Positions 50,401 through 62,350 of a stretch of DNA of 64,000 nt are shown here, piece after piece. A model generated the notes under the pieces. The model was not told where the DNA came from and made no database searches. It worked only from the letters and a program-made list of their open reading frames with translations. How positions within the stretch are numbered: position 1 is the stretch's first letter; each line of letters begins with the position of its first letter. Source of the stretch: Psammoneis japonica (taxonomy: Eukaryota); contig QPGO01000117.1 in assembly GCA_008632985.1 (NCBI GenBank), positions 186,001-250,000 on the forward strand, written 5' to 3'. Both the position numbers and the translations under genes were made by a program.

Positions 50401-50779
50401 CAGGACAGCGCTTGGCATCGTTGGGCCAGACAGTGCGAGGCATGCCAGGAGCGAGATCCGTGAGTACCTCAAGATCAAAGTCATCTGCATCCAAGTCGTC
50501 AATGTTGTTGATGCGAGCGACAAGATCATTTCCTAGCACTTCAAAGGGAGGATTCCCACCGGGGTTCACCGCAACGTTATGGAAACTCGTCACGGTCATT
50601 GCCTCTCCATCACTGAAATCAGCGACACGAAGAAAGGAAGGGTTGAAGTCCAATGAGATCACGCCTTTCTCGTAAACCGCTGGACATTCTGGAGCCCCTT
50701 CTGCAGCCTTCCCGCAAAGGAGGGAGTAAGCTGAACAGAAGAGAATCCACGTAAAAGACTTCTTATAAATTGGAATCAT
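47415..50779 (-). CDS. Secreted multidomain protein: FG-GAP/VCBS propeller + DxYGDGICC module + amidohydrolase_2 + PT linker + Cys-rich (ShK-like) domain, ~1063 aa (exons 50779-49292, 49203-48114, 48028-47415)
   Basis: Signal peptide; DMDKDGLDDIV, DFDGDGEEEIV, DLNGDGRPEV; IIDAHLH, IHSG, LLHIG, NVYLEIS, RVIYGSD; two GT-AG introns join three ORFs in frame. Confidence 0.8.
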
Positions 50780-51312
50780 TTTGAAATTATGAGATCAACA
50801 TAATCGGTGTCCATCTCGCTTTTAGTCAACATCGCGCGACTGGAAGTCACCATACTGTACTGTACTTCTTTCTTTTTGCGGGATTCAAATCACGTGGTGG
50901 CGAGTCACAAGCGGACACTTCGAAAAAGAATATGCTAAAAATATTTCAGTCGTGGACAATCCCGGACCTCGAATCTTGAATCGAGCGAGTCAATCCCGGA
51001 AAAGCAAGTGAAGTTTGGTCTTGGGCTCTATCCGTTCCAAGATGGAAGCCAAGACAAGGTCGATCAATCTCCATATCGCGTGATGGGACACTACCACTAT
51101 ACATCATAGCATCATAGACCTTCTCTTGACGTTGAGAAGGAGAAAGCAAGCCAAAGAGAACCTGGACTCACTTCTGCGGATAAAATCACGAACCGAAATC
51201 ACGGACCGCAATATGTGGTTTGGCAGGGTATGTGATAGCTTCACAAAAAATCGCCCAGAAACAGAAAATAACATCTCACTTTTCTGAGAAGCGAAAAAGG
51301 ACGAATTTCACC

Positions 51313-52212
51313 ATGGCGAGACTTTTGTTGACTAATCTCGCGTTCTTGCTCATGCAAGGAATCCAAACTCATGGGGAAGTTGTTACCTCCACCATGCAGC
51401 TTAGCGGCGTGTCCGGGCAGCTTCGTTACTTCTACGATGACTCCGTCTCTACTGCATGTGATTGCGTCATGCTTCTTGGAGTCGGAACTGCAATGTCTGT
51501 CAACGACTATAATCTTTTATCTTCTGAAATCGTCTCCGGGAACTCCGTTGTCAACATTATTGTTGACCACAGCCCTCGCTGGTTCGTCAAGACTAGCTCA
51601 AGCGGCTACGCTGACTTTGTTAACGCAATCGCTGAGCAAATCACAGAAATCGTGCCTGCTTGCGAGAAGCCTCCCAAAGATGGTTTCATTGTTGGCGGAC
51701 ATTCAGCCAGTGGACAGGCCGCACTCGGAGCCCTTCCGCTCCTGAACTTCGACCCCGTCGGCTTCTTCGGCTTGGATCCTTTCCGTATCGATCCAAGGCG
51801 AGCCAATATCGACCTTCCTGCCATGTTCTGGGGTCTTTCAGACACCACCTGTAGGGTCGACGTGAACCTAGCCGCCAAGGGTGCTTACCAAGCCAGCAGC
51901 ACCGACCAGCGCGTCCTCTACCAGATTCAGAACCCGGCACGACGAGTGAGCCACTGCGCCTTCACCGATTCGGGATGCTTCGGTGCGATTTGTCCATCGA
52001 GTGAGTCGGATTCATGGGTACGAGAGTCGGTTGGTGAATCAGCCAAGAAGTTCATTGGAGCCATTGCCTCGGGAGACTTTGCAGGGGTGAGCTTCGATGT
52101 CAACGCAAGCAACGTCCAAGTCTTTGTGAATGAAGAACAGGCCGGAGACCGTGTACGCTCCTTGCGCGGAGCACCCCTCACAGAGGGAAATGCCGCCCTT
52201 GTCGGCGCTTAA
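51313..52212 (+). CDS. Secreted alpha/beta hydrolase (chlorophyllase-like)
   Basis: Signal peptide, GGHSASG nucleophile elbow, GLDP, SHCAFTD. Confidence 0.75.
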   Translation: MARLLLTNLAFLLMQGIQTHGEVVTSTMQLSGVSGQLRYFYDDSVSTACDCVMLLGVGTAMSVNDYNLLSSEIVSGNSVVNIIVDHSPRWFVKTSSSGYADFVNAIAEQITEIVPACEKPPKDGFIVGGHSASGQAALGALPLLNFDPVGFFGLDPFRIDPRRANIDLPAMFWGLSDTTCRVDVNLAAKGAYQASSTDQRVLYQIQNPARRVSHCAFTDSGCFGAICPSSESDSWVRESVGESAKKFIGAIASGDFAGVSFDVNASNVQVFVNEEQAGDRVRSLRGAPLTEGNAALVGA

Positions 52213-52414
52213 AACACTCTGCATATCCGTTCCTGGTTGATGACTAACTGTGTGCAAGCTCTCTGAAACCGTAGTAATTGAACAATATAATGGAGCATGA
52301 CGTTCGGTACGATGGCGACTTTAACTCTCTCTCAGTAGGTGTGAGTCACAATCCTCCTGCGTTCATCTAGAAGAGGACCGCATCCCTAAAGCAGTACGTT
52401 GGGAAGAACGCCGA

Positions 52415-53485
52415 TCATCGTCTAGTGCCACTTTCTCTCTCCTTTCCCGATTCTTTCGGCAAGCCGCACATTCACATTTGCCAAGACAAAATGGGCAACT
52501 GCAGGATAAAAAATTAAACGCATAAGAAAGTTGTCACTACTCGCAGTACTTCAGAACACGCAAACAAACTTACTGCCAGTCTTTATCGTTGTAAGAATCC
52601 TTCAACTCCACCATGGTTGCTCCGTGATAGGTCATGAGGCAGCCAAAGCAAAAGGTCTTTGAACACTTTCGACCATTGTCATACCAAAAGTGACACCTAC
52701 GGAAATTTGATTTTGCCAACTTGCAGTGATGGCATCTACGCGTTGGTTTCGGTTTGATATTGCCAGTGGCGGTAGTCGAAGCAGGCCGGGAGTTGTCGTC
52801 CTTGTCAATCTTTCGTTTCTTCCCGGTATCCGACCCAGAATCGATGGATTGTGCACGCGTTAAATTTACGGCCGACAGTAGAGCTTGAAAGGGAGCATCA
52901 GCTGACGGAGCAGTAGCCGTCGCCGTCGCCGCAGACCTACTTTCGGCACGAGCGCGTTCTTTCAGCATTCTCTGCACGTGATCACTAATGACGGCTTTTG
53001 CATTCTCCTCGCGCCGATTGTCTTCCTCTTCTTTTTCTTGCAGACCAAAATCGCCTTGATAAGAATCAAGAGTGTATCCTCCCCTCACGGCCTGTGTAAG
53101 ATTTGTCAACTCGTTAATGACCGGACTAGTGGCAAGCAAAACTTCTCGAGCCGCATCACCCGTTTCGCACAACTCGGCTTGCTCTGCCGCTTGTTCCATT
53201 TGAGCACGAAGACGCCGTGCAAGCTGCAACTGTAAATGCACACGCCGCCTCCGACTCGGTTCTCGCGCTTCTGCCGTCAATCCGCCTCCCACAGTCACAA
53301 CTGCCTGAAAAGTAGAAGGGGTGAGAGTTGTCCAAGAACCAAGAACAGAAAAAAATACCGTTACATCATCTTGATTACTGTGCTTTTTTCAAACTCACTT
53401 TATCCCTCAAAACTGCTTGAATCACCGATTCTGAGACATCGCCTGACATGTCCGCTGATTCGTCATTGGTGTTGTTGTCTGACAT
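52415..53485 (-). CDS. zf-4CXXC_R1 (CDCA7/JMJD1-type) zinc-finger protein (exons 53485-53399, 53304-52574, 52498-52415)
   Basis: CHHC...C...C...FCFGCL...Y...WHCPFCLGKCECAAC after splicing canonical introns. Confidence 0.75.
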
Positions 53486-53747
53486 GTCAATACTTCTGGC
53501 TTTCAGATGGCTCCGGCTTCTTGTGCAGCACAAAACCTTGCAGCAACAAGCAAGCTGGAAGCTCCAAAAGCACCAACACATCCAACATCCAACAAGCAGC
53601 ACAAACAACAGAGGTTTTAGCGCTCCAACAAACCTCGCAATTGAAGAGGTTCAGTCGTGTCTATTCGTGACTAAAAACTTCGGTGACGTCACTTTCAATT
53701 TTGCTTTTATGCCATTTTTTCGCGGTCTCGACGCCGCACACCCGACA

Positions 53748-54617
53748 ATGATACGGTCGCCGAAGAGGCCGTCGACGACTTGGTTTGTTGTCACTCTGAC
53801 TATAATAATGTCCATGTCGCCTCTCACTGCTGCCATGACCAGTTTGTCGGGTCGAAGAGTTCTTGTGACTGGAGGAGGTCGAGGAATAGGCCGAGCGATT
53901 GCGCTCTTGTGCAGTCAAGAAGGCGCACGAGTTGCCGTGTCGTCTCGAACAAAATCTGAACTGGAAGAAACGGCAGCCATGGCTAGCGGCAAAATAGACA
54001 CATACGTATCAGATGTAACAAGCAAGGAATCGGTTGAATCCATGGTGACGTCTATTGTGGACAATTGGGGTGGCATTGATGTGTTGGTCAATAATGCTGG
54101 CGGGGGGCAGAGTGTGAAGGGACCGACCGAAACCTTGGACAGCGATGAACTGCGAAAGATATTGGATTTGAATGTTGTCTCGGTTCATATCGTCACTTCT
54201 GCAGTTCTTCGCCATGCTATGAAGGACAGCAATGGTCAGCATCATATTATCAACATTTCATCACGTGCCGGAAAAGTCGGTCTCCCCAACTACTCCTTTT
54301 ACGTGGCCTCTAAGTTTGCATTGGAAGGATTGACTGCCTCCTTAGCAGAAGAATTAAGAGAACGAAATATTTTTGTAAATACTCTGAGTCCCGGGATGGT
54401 AAACACGCAATCTTTTCCCAAACCTCCGGGCAAAAAGGGAGTGCGACCTGCTGAGTCTGTTCGTGATGGATTCTTGACGGTGCTCGCGAGCGGACTGACG
54501 GGTCACTATCTTCATGTGGATGAGCTGGACGAAGCAAGGGAACTGGGACTAGATGACAACGCTGCTATGAAGCCAATTCGTGAGCCCCTTTTTGTGGATA
54601 GTTGCTCTAGTAGATAG
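53748..54617 (+). CDS. Short-chain dehydrogenase/reductase (start codon uncertain)
   Basis: TGGGRGIG, NNAG, NISS, YVASK. Confidence 0.92.
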   Translation: MIRSPKRPSTTWFVVTLTIIMSMSPLTAAMTSLSGRRVLVTGGGRGIGRAIALLCSQEGARVAVSSRTKSELEETAAMASGKIDTYVSDVTSKESVESMVTSIVDNWGGIDVLVNNAGGGQSVKGPTETLDSDELRKILDLNVVSVHIVTSAVLRHAMKDSNGQHHIINISSRAGKVGLPNYSFYVASKFALEGLTASLAEELRERNIFVNTLSPGMVNTQSFPKPPGKKGVRPAESVRDGFLTVLASGLTGHYLHVDELDEARELGLDDNAAMKPIREPLFVDSCSSR

Positions 54618-54770
54618 ATTCTACGTTATTCTCCTCATCGCCCTCGTGGAACCCAGTCACGCTCATGACTTGATTTTGGCGGGAAATTTTATCGAACATT
54701 CATCATTCCTCATGAATCAAGAATGTTACCTTCTGCCAAATCTCAACGCTCACACAAAGTTGTTGCTACC

Positions 54771-55628
54771 ATGACGACAGCGAATAAGCAACAGCAAGTC
54801 GCAACACTGTTGCAGTCCATTTTGGCGCGTGGTGTCGATGTAAAGGATGCTGTTCCTACTGTCAAGATGCTTGTGGAAGCCAAGATATTTTCCTTGGATG
54901 AGTTGACTCCAAGCAACGTCCCTTCTTCCATGAATTCCAAAATCCGTAAGAAATTGCTTCCGACAAATAAGAAAGCATCTCCCAACAAACGTCGCAAGAC
55001 CAACCCAATTGTCGTTCCTCCCATCACATCGACTCCATCCTCGGTTCTCATCAATCGCTCACCCGTCTTGACCTTGTGGACGACCATTGTGTCGCAACGA
55101 CTCTTTTCAGTTGAATTGCACGAAGCCGTCACAATAGGTAATGCCGTCTCGGCAAACATTGCCAGAGCCAAGGGCAAAAGCCTCGGGATTTATGCAAATG
55201 ACAAGGACACGAGCAACAAATCAGAGGAAAAGTCGAGTGAAGCTGCTGCTAGTCAAAAGGAGGAGGAACGTCACGAATATTATATTATGGGTATGGAGGT
55301 TTCTGCAGTTCGAACACCCGAGGGAATTCGTGCCTTGGATCAAAATGAAAACCCGCTTGATCCACACAAGACATGGAATCTCTTGGAACGCAAGTTTGGT
55401 GATAGCTTTGGCTATGTATATGACAAGATGAAGGAGGCAGCCGCCATGCCCCCAACTCTGGATGATTTGAGTGTCTCGGCATACAACTACTATGTGCACA
55501 TTCGTCCCGACATTCCTCACGGAACAAAAGGTTGGGGAGCACATGGATCCTTGGACATGGCCAAACTGTCGGACTTTTTTCAACCAACGACAAAAGTAGG
55601 ATCCAGTGAGAAAGAAGGCGCAAGTTGA
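54771..55628 (+). CDS. Conserved hypothetical protein
   Basis: Intact ORF; INRSPVLTLW...AKGKSLGI...Y..IRPDIP.G.KGWGA.G motif resembles an uncharacterised domain I recall from fungi and bacteria. Confidence 0.65.
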   Translation: MTTANKQQQVATLLQSILARGVDVKDAVPTVKMLVEAKIFSLDELTPSNVPSSMNSKIRKKLLPTNKKASPNKRRKTNPIVVPPITSTPSSVLINRSPVLTLWTTIVSQRLFSVELHEAVTIGNAVSANIARAKGKSLGIYANDKDTSNKSEEKSSEAAASQKEEERHEYYIMGMEVSAVRTPEGIRALDQNENPLDPHKTWNLLERKFGDSFGYVYDKMKEAAAMPPTLDDLSVSAYNYYVHIRPDIPHGTKGWGAHGSLDMAKLSDFFQPTTKVGSSEKEGAS

Positions 55629-55699
55629 ATCGAAAGAGGCGAACCTCTTATCCTCTCACACCAGCGAACGCCGCATCCTCCGCAGTTCCTTCTGCGTTT

Positions 55700-56600
55700 T
55701 CTACTGACAATCAGTGATTGCTCATCGAAACTTTACACAGTCAGTATTGAGAAACGCGTCTTTCAAGGTTGCTTTGAAGCTCATTTTGTTGAAAAGGCCT
55801 GTTTGTTGAAACGAAACCGTCCACTTCCAGCTTGCTTCAACCATACATCATAGTCGTATTCCGCCAATTTGTCGCAATCTTTTGTCGGTACATACATCTC
55901 TTAGCTACAGATAAATCTCTAGCTAGAGAGATCCCCCTGAATACCAAAATCTGTAATCGAAGGGGCGCGAGTTTGTTTCTTTTCTCGTAGTTCACCTTCT
56001 CGAATCTCTGTGGCTCTGCTTGTGCCTCCGTTAAACAACTCTCCCTTCTTCTACCAGCAGGGCCAATGCTTTATAAGCATGATCAATAATCTCATTCGCA
56101 CTCTCCTTCAAGCTGGGCTCGCACTCATTGAGAACAGTGCTGGGAAATGACCCCTGGAGATTCCCAGGTCCCGTGCACAAGAACTCATGGAATTTTGCAA
56201 CAGAGAATCCGATCGGCACATGCAGTGGAATGCCTCTGTTGGCATGCATAAGGTTGCAAATGCATCAGCCACTCCAAGAGGGCCAGCTGCGTCACAGCTG
56301 GGCTCTTCAGTGTCTTGTTCATCACCAGATCTCTATAGAGAAACCAGGCTTCTCCAACTCGGAGGATCCACATTGCGAAGACCTCGATGAATATGGACGG
56401 GGCGAATCCGAATCAAGTCGTGGTTTGCTCTAGTAGAGATGTTGAAAATCCATTTTTGAGGGCATGCAATATGCAGTGTCCATAGGCAAAACCTATTTTA
56501 GAATTATCACTAAACCTAATTATATTTCCATTGGCATCAACTATTGAGCTAGTTATCCCCTTCCCCGTCCCCCCAAACGTAGCAAAAGGTGGTGTGGTGG
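55700..56600 (-). pseudogene. Possible degraded coding sequence, unidentified
   Basis: Chain of short protein-like minus-strand ORFs broken by stops and frameshifts; normal TpA content. Confidence 0.25.
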
Positions 56601-56675
56601 CAGCCCCCACGAAATTTTGTTACTTCGAATCAATGGACGCTTTTCGGCTGCTTCGTCGTCCTGTCTTTGACGGGA

Positions 56676-57176
56676 CTACTTTTTGTTGGTTTTGTTGTGT
56701 TTGTCCGTCTTGCGGTTACGACTGAAGGCACCTTGTCGTTTTAGCCTTTCCATGTGTCCTTTTTCTTCAAAACCGTGCTCTTCTAAAAAGAGCTCCAGCG
56801 TGCCGTGGCCGAACTTTCCAAAGGGGACGTCGCCATAGCGCGGACGAATGGCGTTGCCCAAGACGTGCTTGCGTTTGGTGGCGGGTGAAAGATCCGTGCG
56901 ATCGTAATAGGAACGAATGACCTCGACAAGATCATCGGCCGAGACATTTTCCCAGGGCTTGGGAAGGGCAGTTTCCGCCACCAAAGCCGCAGCCATGCCA
57001 GGATCATTGGCAATGATTTCTTTCGCCTTGAGAGCGCTGTCTTTGAGATTCGGTTTATTGGGTCCGTTGTACTGATGCAAGCACTGTTTCGAGTTCATGT
57101 GCTTTCGGACATCACCCCATTTGCCAAAGATCTGCTTGCAGCCATCCGAAAGGCAAGCATATTGTTTCTCCGTCAT
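56676..57176 (-). CDS. Small protein with C2H2-like zinc finger and possible OST-HTH/LOTUS-like domain
   Basis: YACLSDGCKQIFGKWGDVRKHM; LGNAIRPRYGDVPFGKFGHGTLELFL. Confidence 0.6.
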   Translation of the reverse strand: MTEKQYACLSDGCKQIFGKWGDVRKHMNSKQCLHQYNGPNKPNLKDSALKAKEIIANDPGMAAALVAETALPKPWENVSADDLVEVIRSYYDRTDLSPATKRKHVLGNAIRPRYGDVPFGKFGHGTLELFLEEHGFEEKGHMERLKRQGAFSRNRKTDKHNKTNKK

Positions 57177-57357
57177 GTTTGGTACAGTAAATAGAGCTAC
57201 TCTAGAGTTGGTCGTTGGTCGTTGGTCGACAGTCGAGTGTCGACGAAGTCACGATGCGCGCTCATCTGCCCGCCTGTTCCAATCCACGCTAAATTTCCGC
57301 AGCAGTAGATCTATCCATGCAGCACTGAACATGAACACATGCGTGGGGGCCCATGTA

Positions 57358-58319
57358 ATGACACCAGTGAGGCCTTCAAGAACAAGGGGGAGGATTGGAA
57401 AGATTCCACCAGGCGTGCCATCGTGTTTTCTGAAAAAAGCGGAATGGATGGGAGCCAAAGCTTCTGTGACTTTGGAGCAACCTTCTCTTCCTTCGGATTT
57501 CATTCCTTCGTTGGATTCGTCACATTCGCTGGATTTTTCACTTGCAACTGATTCGTTGTCTTCTTCGTTGGATTCATCACTTTCATTGGATTTTTCACTC
57601 ACAACCCATTCTTCATCTTCTCTGGCTGCACAACAGCAGCACAGCGTGTCTGCCAGGAAAAGGGCTGCAAGTGTCGTTCCAAACCAATGTTTGCCAGTGC
57701 AGCTGACGATGCATGGATGAAACATGAGACGGACTCTGCTGCAGAAAACAACAAAGACCTCAAAAACCCAGGCAATTCTGCTTCTGGTTGGCAGATCATT
57801 CCAAAATGCTCCCAAACCTCCAAGGAGCACACCACCATGAACAAGGCCGAGTGGATCAAGAACAAAGCACAAAGCCACAACCCATTCTCGAAAGTGCTGG
57901 CTGCAGAACATGAGAAATGCAGACACGGAAGCATCCACTTGCAGTGGCAAAACATCAACACATGATTTTTCATGGGATGACAGAGAGAAACAGCACAAAA
58001 TGTCACAGTGCCATGTGCCTGTGGCAGCAACATCAGTGCGCAACCATGAATGAAGCCCAACAGATTCCGCAGAATCACACGCAAACCACCAACAGCACAT
58101 TTTCGAACATGCTGGAGGCTCAAAGTGGTCCATCCAGATGGTGAGATCAGCGCGCTGCACATGATTTCATTTTTGTGTGCGGTGCCAAAAAGACTCAGCT
58201 GCGCTGATGCCTCGGGCTTTGTCCGCCACAACTTGATCGTGCATCTCTTGGATCTGGATCTGGTCGTTGCGTCTTGGAGTCTCACACGGCGCACGAAGTT
58301 CAAATCTGGGGGAAGTCTC
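57358..58319. other. TpA-free block (unidentified relic) with an internal ~57-bp duplication at ~57508-57605
   Basis: No TpA seen in ~960 bp. Confidence 0.8.
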
Positions 58320-58873
58320 TAGCCAGCTGCTGGCTGAAGAATCTTGTGTAGAATTTGCACTGAAAGAGTCTGTCAATCTATGCGTTAGGGGGTTTTGGGG
58401 GACGCTGGACAGATTCGTCGTCTTTTTCGTACGTAAAAATTGTACTGGCAAAAGCCCCCAAACGCACTGACGGCCAAGCGTCTGCCTGCCTGTTCCAACC
58501 TTTTCTTATCGCATTGGAAGCAGCTTTCCCCAGTACTGAACCTCCGTAGGCTTCTACGCCAGAATTTGGCGGGAGATGACGCCACGCACATCCTCATCGT
58601 GGAACCCCACAAATACGCGGGGACCCGTAACCCGGAAATGTGTAGAGTTGTACGTGCATGTATGGGGACTCTTTACGTAGGTTTTGTACCAGAGCTATCT
58701 CGCGAACTAGGCGTTTTTTCGAAATTTTGTCGTAGAAACTGTACCAGTTTTGCGTATGTAGGCTACATGTTTCAGTACCACATACAAAAATGAGCGTAGA
58801 CCTCTACAGGAGGGTCCCCGCGTATTTGCGGGGTTCCACGATGAATCCGACACATTAGAAAGAAGACGTAGCC

Positions 58874-61834
58874 ATGGCGGAGCTGTTGTCGTCATGGTGC
58901 GCCTCTGTCAGTGATCAACCTCTCATTTTGGGATGGACGTCGCTCTGTCTATTGGTGCTTGTTTTATTGGTGGGAGACGCTGGTTCTGGAACACCTCTGT
59001 CGCAGCTTGGACGTCGTCCCATGGGATGGGGCCTGTGGACTTATTTGTGGAACTATCCCCGCGCCGGAGTTTGGGGATACGATTCTAGTCTGGGCTCGTG
59101 GTCTCCTCCAATTCGCTTGGGGATCCATACGTCTCTTTGTTGTGGATTATGGGCAATGATAACATTTGTTTTGCAGTCTTGTTGCGGCAAAGAAAGCGGT
59201 TTCGATGTTGCTTACACCGGACTAGCTTCTGTAGCTCTCTATCTGGGATTCTTCTTTCTCTTGGATGCGCTAAAACCAGGCGTCTCGCACCCAGGAGGCC
59301 CACGAGCTCACAAGATTCAACGTCAACCAGAATGGACGGACAAGGTCACCAAGGTTTCTTCTGCAGCCGAGTGGAGGTGCGCTGTAGCCGAGGATTCGCA
59401 CAACGTGACCAACAATCGATTTGCTTTCTCGTCACAAGCACTCTCGGGAGAACCAGCGGGCCGTCAGATGTGGACTCGTGACGGCGTTGATACTAAAAAG
59501 AGGGTTGACAAAAAACTTGTTCAGGAATTGGCATCCGGAGGACGTTCCGAAGGTTTCAATCCGAGTGTCAACCCAAACACGTGCGACATGGTCTTTCGTG
59601 CGCAGCAGATTAAAGCCTACATGGCGAGCGGCTCGACACCACCCAGCACCAAGGATCGACCGAAAACTCCCGCTGAAGCAGCGAAAAAGGGAGCTCACTT
59701 TTACTCCATGCTTCAAACTGAAGACGGGCATTGGGCGGGAGACTATGGTGGTCCTCACTTTCTCATGCCTGGTCTCATTGTCGCGTGGTATGTCATGGGA
59801 AAGCCTGATCTCATGCTGGACGAACAGCAACGCGGCCTAATGAAACACTACATTGCGGTTCATCAGCAAGCCGACGGTGGATGGGGCACTCACATTGAAA
59901 GCCCGTCCACCATGTTTGGTACCGTGATCATGTACGTGGCGATTCGACTCTTGGGTGCCGATAAGTCGGATGATGTCTGCAAGAAGGGTCTCGAGTTTAT
60001 TCAAACTCATGGAGGAGCCATAATGACTGGATCGTGGGCCAAGTTTTATCTTTGTTTGTTGGGTTGCATGGAATGGGATGGACACAATAGCGTCCCTGCT
60101 GAAATGTGGCTCTTGCCCAATTGGTTCCCCTTTCACCCAGGACGACTCTGGTGTCATTGTCGAATGGTGTACCTCCCCATGGGATATCTTTATGGATCGC
60201 GCTTTGTCTATCCAGAGGCAGAGACCGACCCACTCATTGCATCACTCCGCAAGGAGTTGTACTGTGAGCCATACGAAACCATCCCGTGGATCAAGACTCG
60301 TCACATGGTTGCACCCATGGACAATTATTCTCCCATTGGCATTATGAAGTTGTTTCAAAACATTTTGGCCCGATATGAAACGTGGACTGTATTCCAACCT
60401 CTTAAGAATTGGATTCGCCCTTATGGTTTGAAGTTTTGCGTCGAGTACATGGCGGCCGAGGATTTGCAAACCAACTTTATCGATATCGGACCCGTCAACA
60501 AGGTTCTCAATATGATTTCTGCTTTTCACAATGCCGGAAACAACGTCAAAGATCCCAAGGTCATTCGGCACATGATGCGTATTCCTGATTATCTTTGGGT
60601 CGCCGAAGACGGAATGAAAATGCAGGGCTACAATGGTAGTCAATGCTGGGATACCTCGTTTGCCATTCAAGCCATGTATGAAGCAAATCTCTTGGATGAA
60701 TTCCCCGTCGTGTCCACCAATGTATGGAAGTATCTGGAACGCACCCAGATTCTTTCGACAAAGACTTCTCAGTCTTCGCCTGCCTATGAATACGAGTCTA
60801 ATGCCATGCGTGACAAGTACTATCGGCACGTGTCGGAGGGTGGATGGCCCTTTTCGACAAGTGCCCACGGATGGCCAATCAGTGACTGTACCGGAGAAGG
60901 CCTCAAGGGCGTTTTGTGTTTGACAAACTGCAGGGCTGTTGAGGATGGCATCAAAAGTGGCAAGCTACCCGCCATGAACGAGAAGCGACTGGAGAATGCA
61001 ATTAACGTCATTATTACGCTTCAGAACGAAGACGGAGGTGCGTTCGTGCAACGATACTATTGATACTTGAGTCTTTTTTCTGTACACTTACACAGACTCT
61101 TCTCCCGCCGTTTTACTCTCTCTTCTCCTAGGCTGGGCGACTTATGAAAACAACAGAGGCTGGGGTTGGTACGAGCATTTGAACCCCAGTGAAGTGTTTG
61201 GTGACATTATGATTGACTATTCATATGTGGAATGCAGCATGGCAAGTCTGACCGCTTTGGCAGATTTTCACGAAATGTATCCAAACCACCGCCGTGCCGA
61301 AATTGAGCACTCGATTGAACGAGGCAAGGATTTATCAAGAGCATTCAACGGAATGATGGATCTTGGTACGGTTCTTGGGCTGCTGTTTTTGTTATGGATG
61401 TTGGTTTGGTATTGAGGGTTTAGTTCAGGCTGGTGAACCAGTGTCTTCCCCCGTCATTACCAAGTGTTGCGATTTCTGTTGAAGCACCAGCGTCCCAATG
61501 GCGGTTGGGGTGAAGACTTTACGTCGTGCTATGACAAGGACTACGCGGCGAACGGAATGGACGCGTACGGCGATGATGGAAGTGGTGTTGTCAACACGGC
61601 TTGGGCACTCATGGCACTGTCCAAGGCTAAATGCCAAGACGTGGAGGCCGTTCGTCGAGGCGTCCGCTACCTCATGGAACGCCAGTTGCCGTGTGGAGAT
61701 TGGCCGCAGGAAGGTATTGCAGGAGTTTTCAATCGAGCGTGTGGAATCACGTACACAGCCTATCGCAATGTCTTTCCCATCTGGGCCTTGGTCGTTGCGT
61801 TGCGACTTACGGAGATGCTCTGAATGAAAATTGA
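58874..61834 (+). CDS. Oxidosqualene cyclase (cycloartenol synthase type) with hydrophobic N-terminal extension; intron 61038-61131; three 1-bp deletions in exon 2
   Basis: QTEDGHWAGDYGGP, QQADGGWG, WCHCRMVYLPM, catalytic SDCTGE, QW repeats, YRNVFPIWAL. Confidence 0.92.
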
Positions 61835-61987
61835 ACGTCATAATTTCAATTCATCTGCCACACATTTTGAATGTGAATGCGGGAGGCGATGGTAGGAAAG
61901 ATTTCAAGTTTTTGATAGACGCGAGTTTGACTATTCAAGTTCCAAACGCACTGGCCTATAAAACTATTCCTGCCCATCCACACGATT

Positions 61988-62350
61988 TCATGACTTCTTT
62001 TTGGTTTCCGACTCTGTAGTACTCTTTTCTGATGCCGTTTTTTCTTCTTTATCGGTCTTGCTCGTCATGGCCACTTTTACGCCCCCAACAAATTCCCTTA
62101 CAAGTACTGGCATGTCCTGTCCCATTTGTCTTGCGGCGGTGGAGTTGTGATCCTTCAAGTTTTCATTCACAGTTGCAACTATCTCGGCCAAATCCTCTTG
62201 TTGCATAAAGGAATTGATTCCCTTCACAATCAAGCCCGCACCAACTTCCTGCATGCTTGGGTGGTTGATAACGGCTGCCGCGAACGTCGCTGCAAATTGA
62301 ACGGCTCCATCAAACATGGCAGAAGAGATGTTACCCATGTTGTACAACAA
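61988..62350 (-). CDS. Hypothetical protein (3' part; start or upstream exon unresolved)
   Basis: 120-aa ORF with protein-like composition, convergent with the OSC gene. Confidence 0.45.
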   Translation of the reverse strand: MLYNMGNISSAMFDGAVQFAATFAAAVINHPSMQEVGAGLIVKGINSFMQQEDLAEIVATVNENLKDHNSTAARQMGQDMPVLVREFVGGVKVAMTSKTDKEEKTASEKSTTESETKKKS

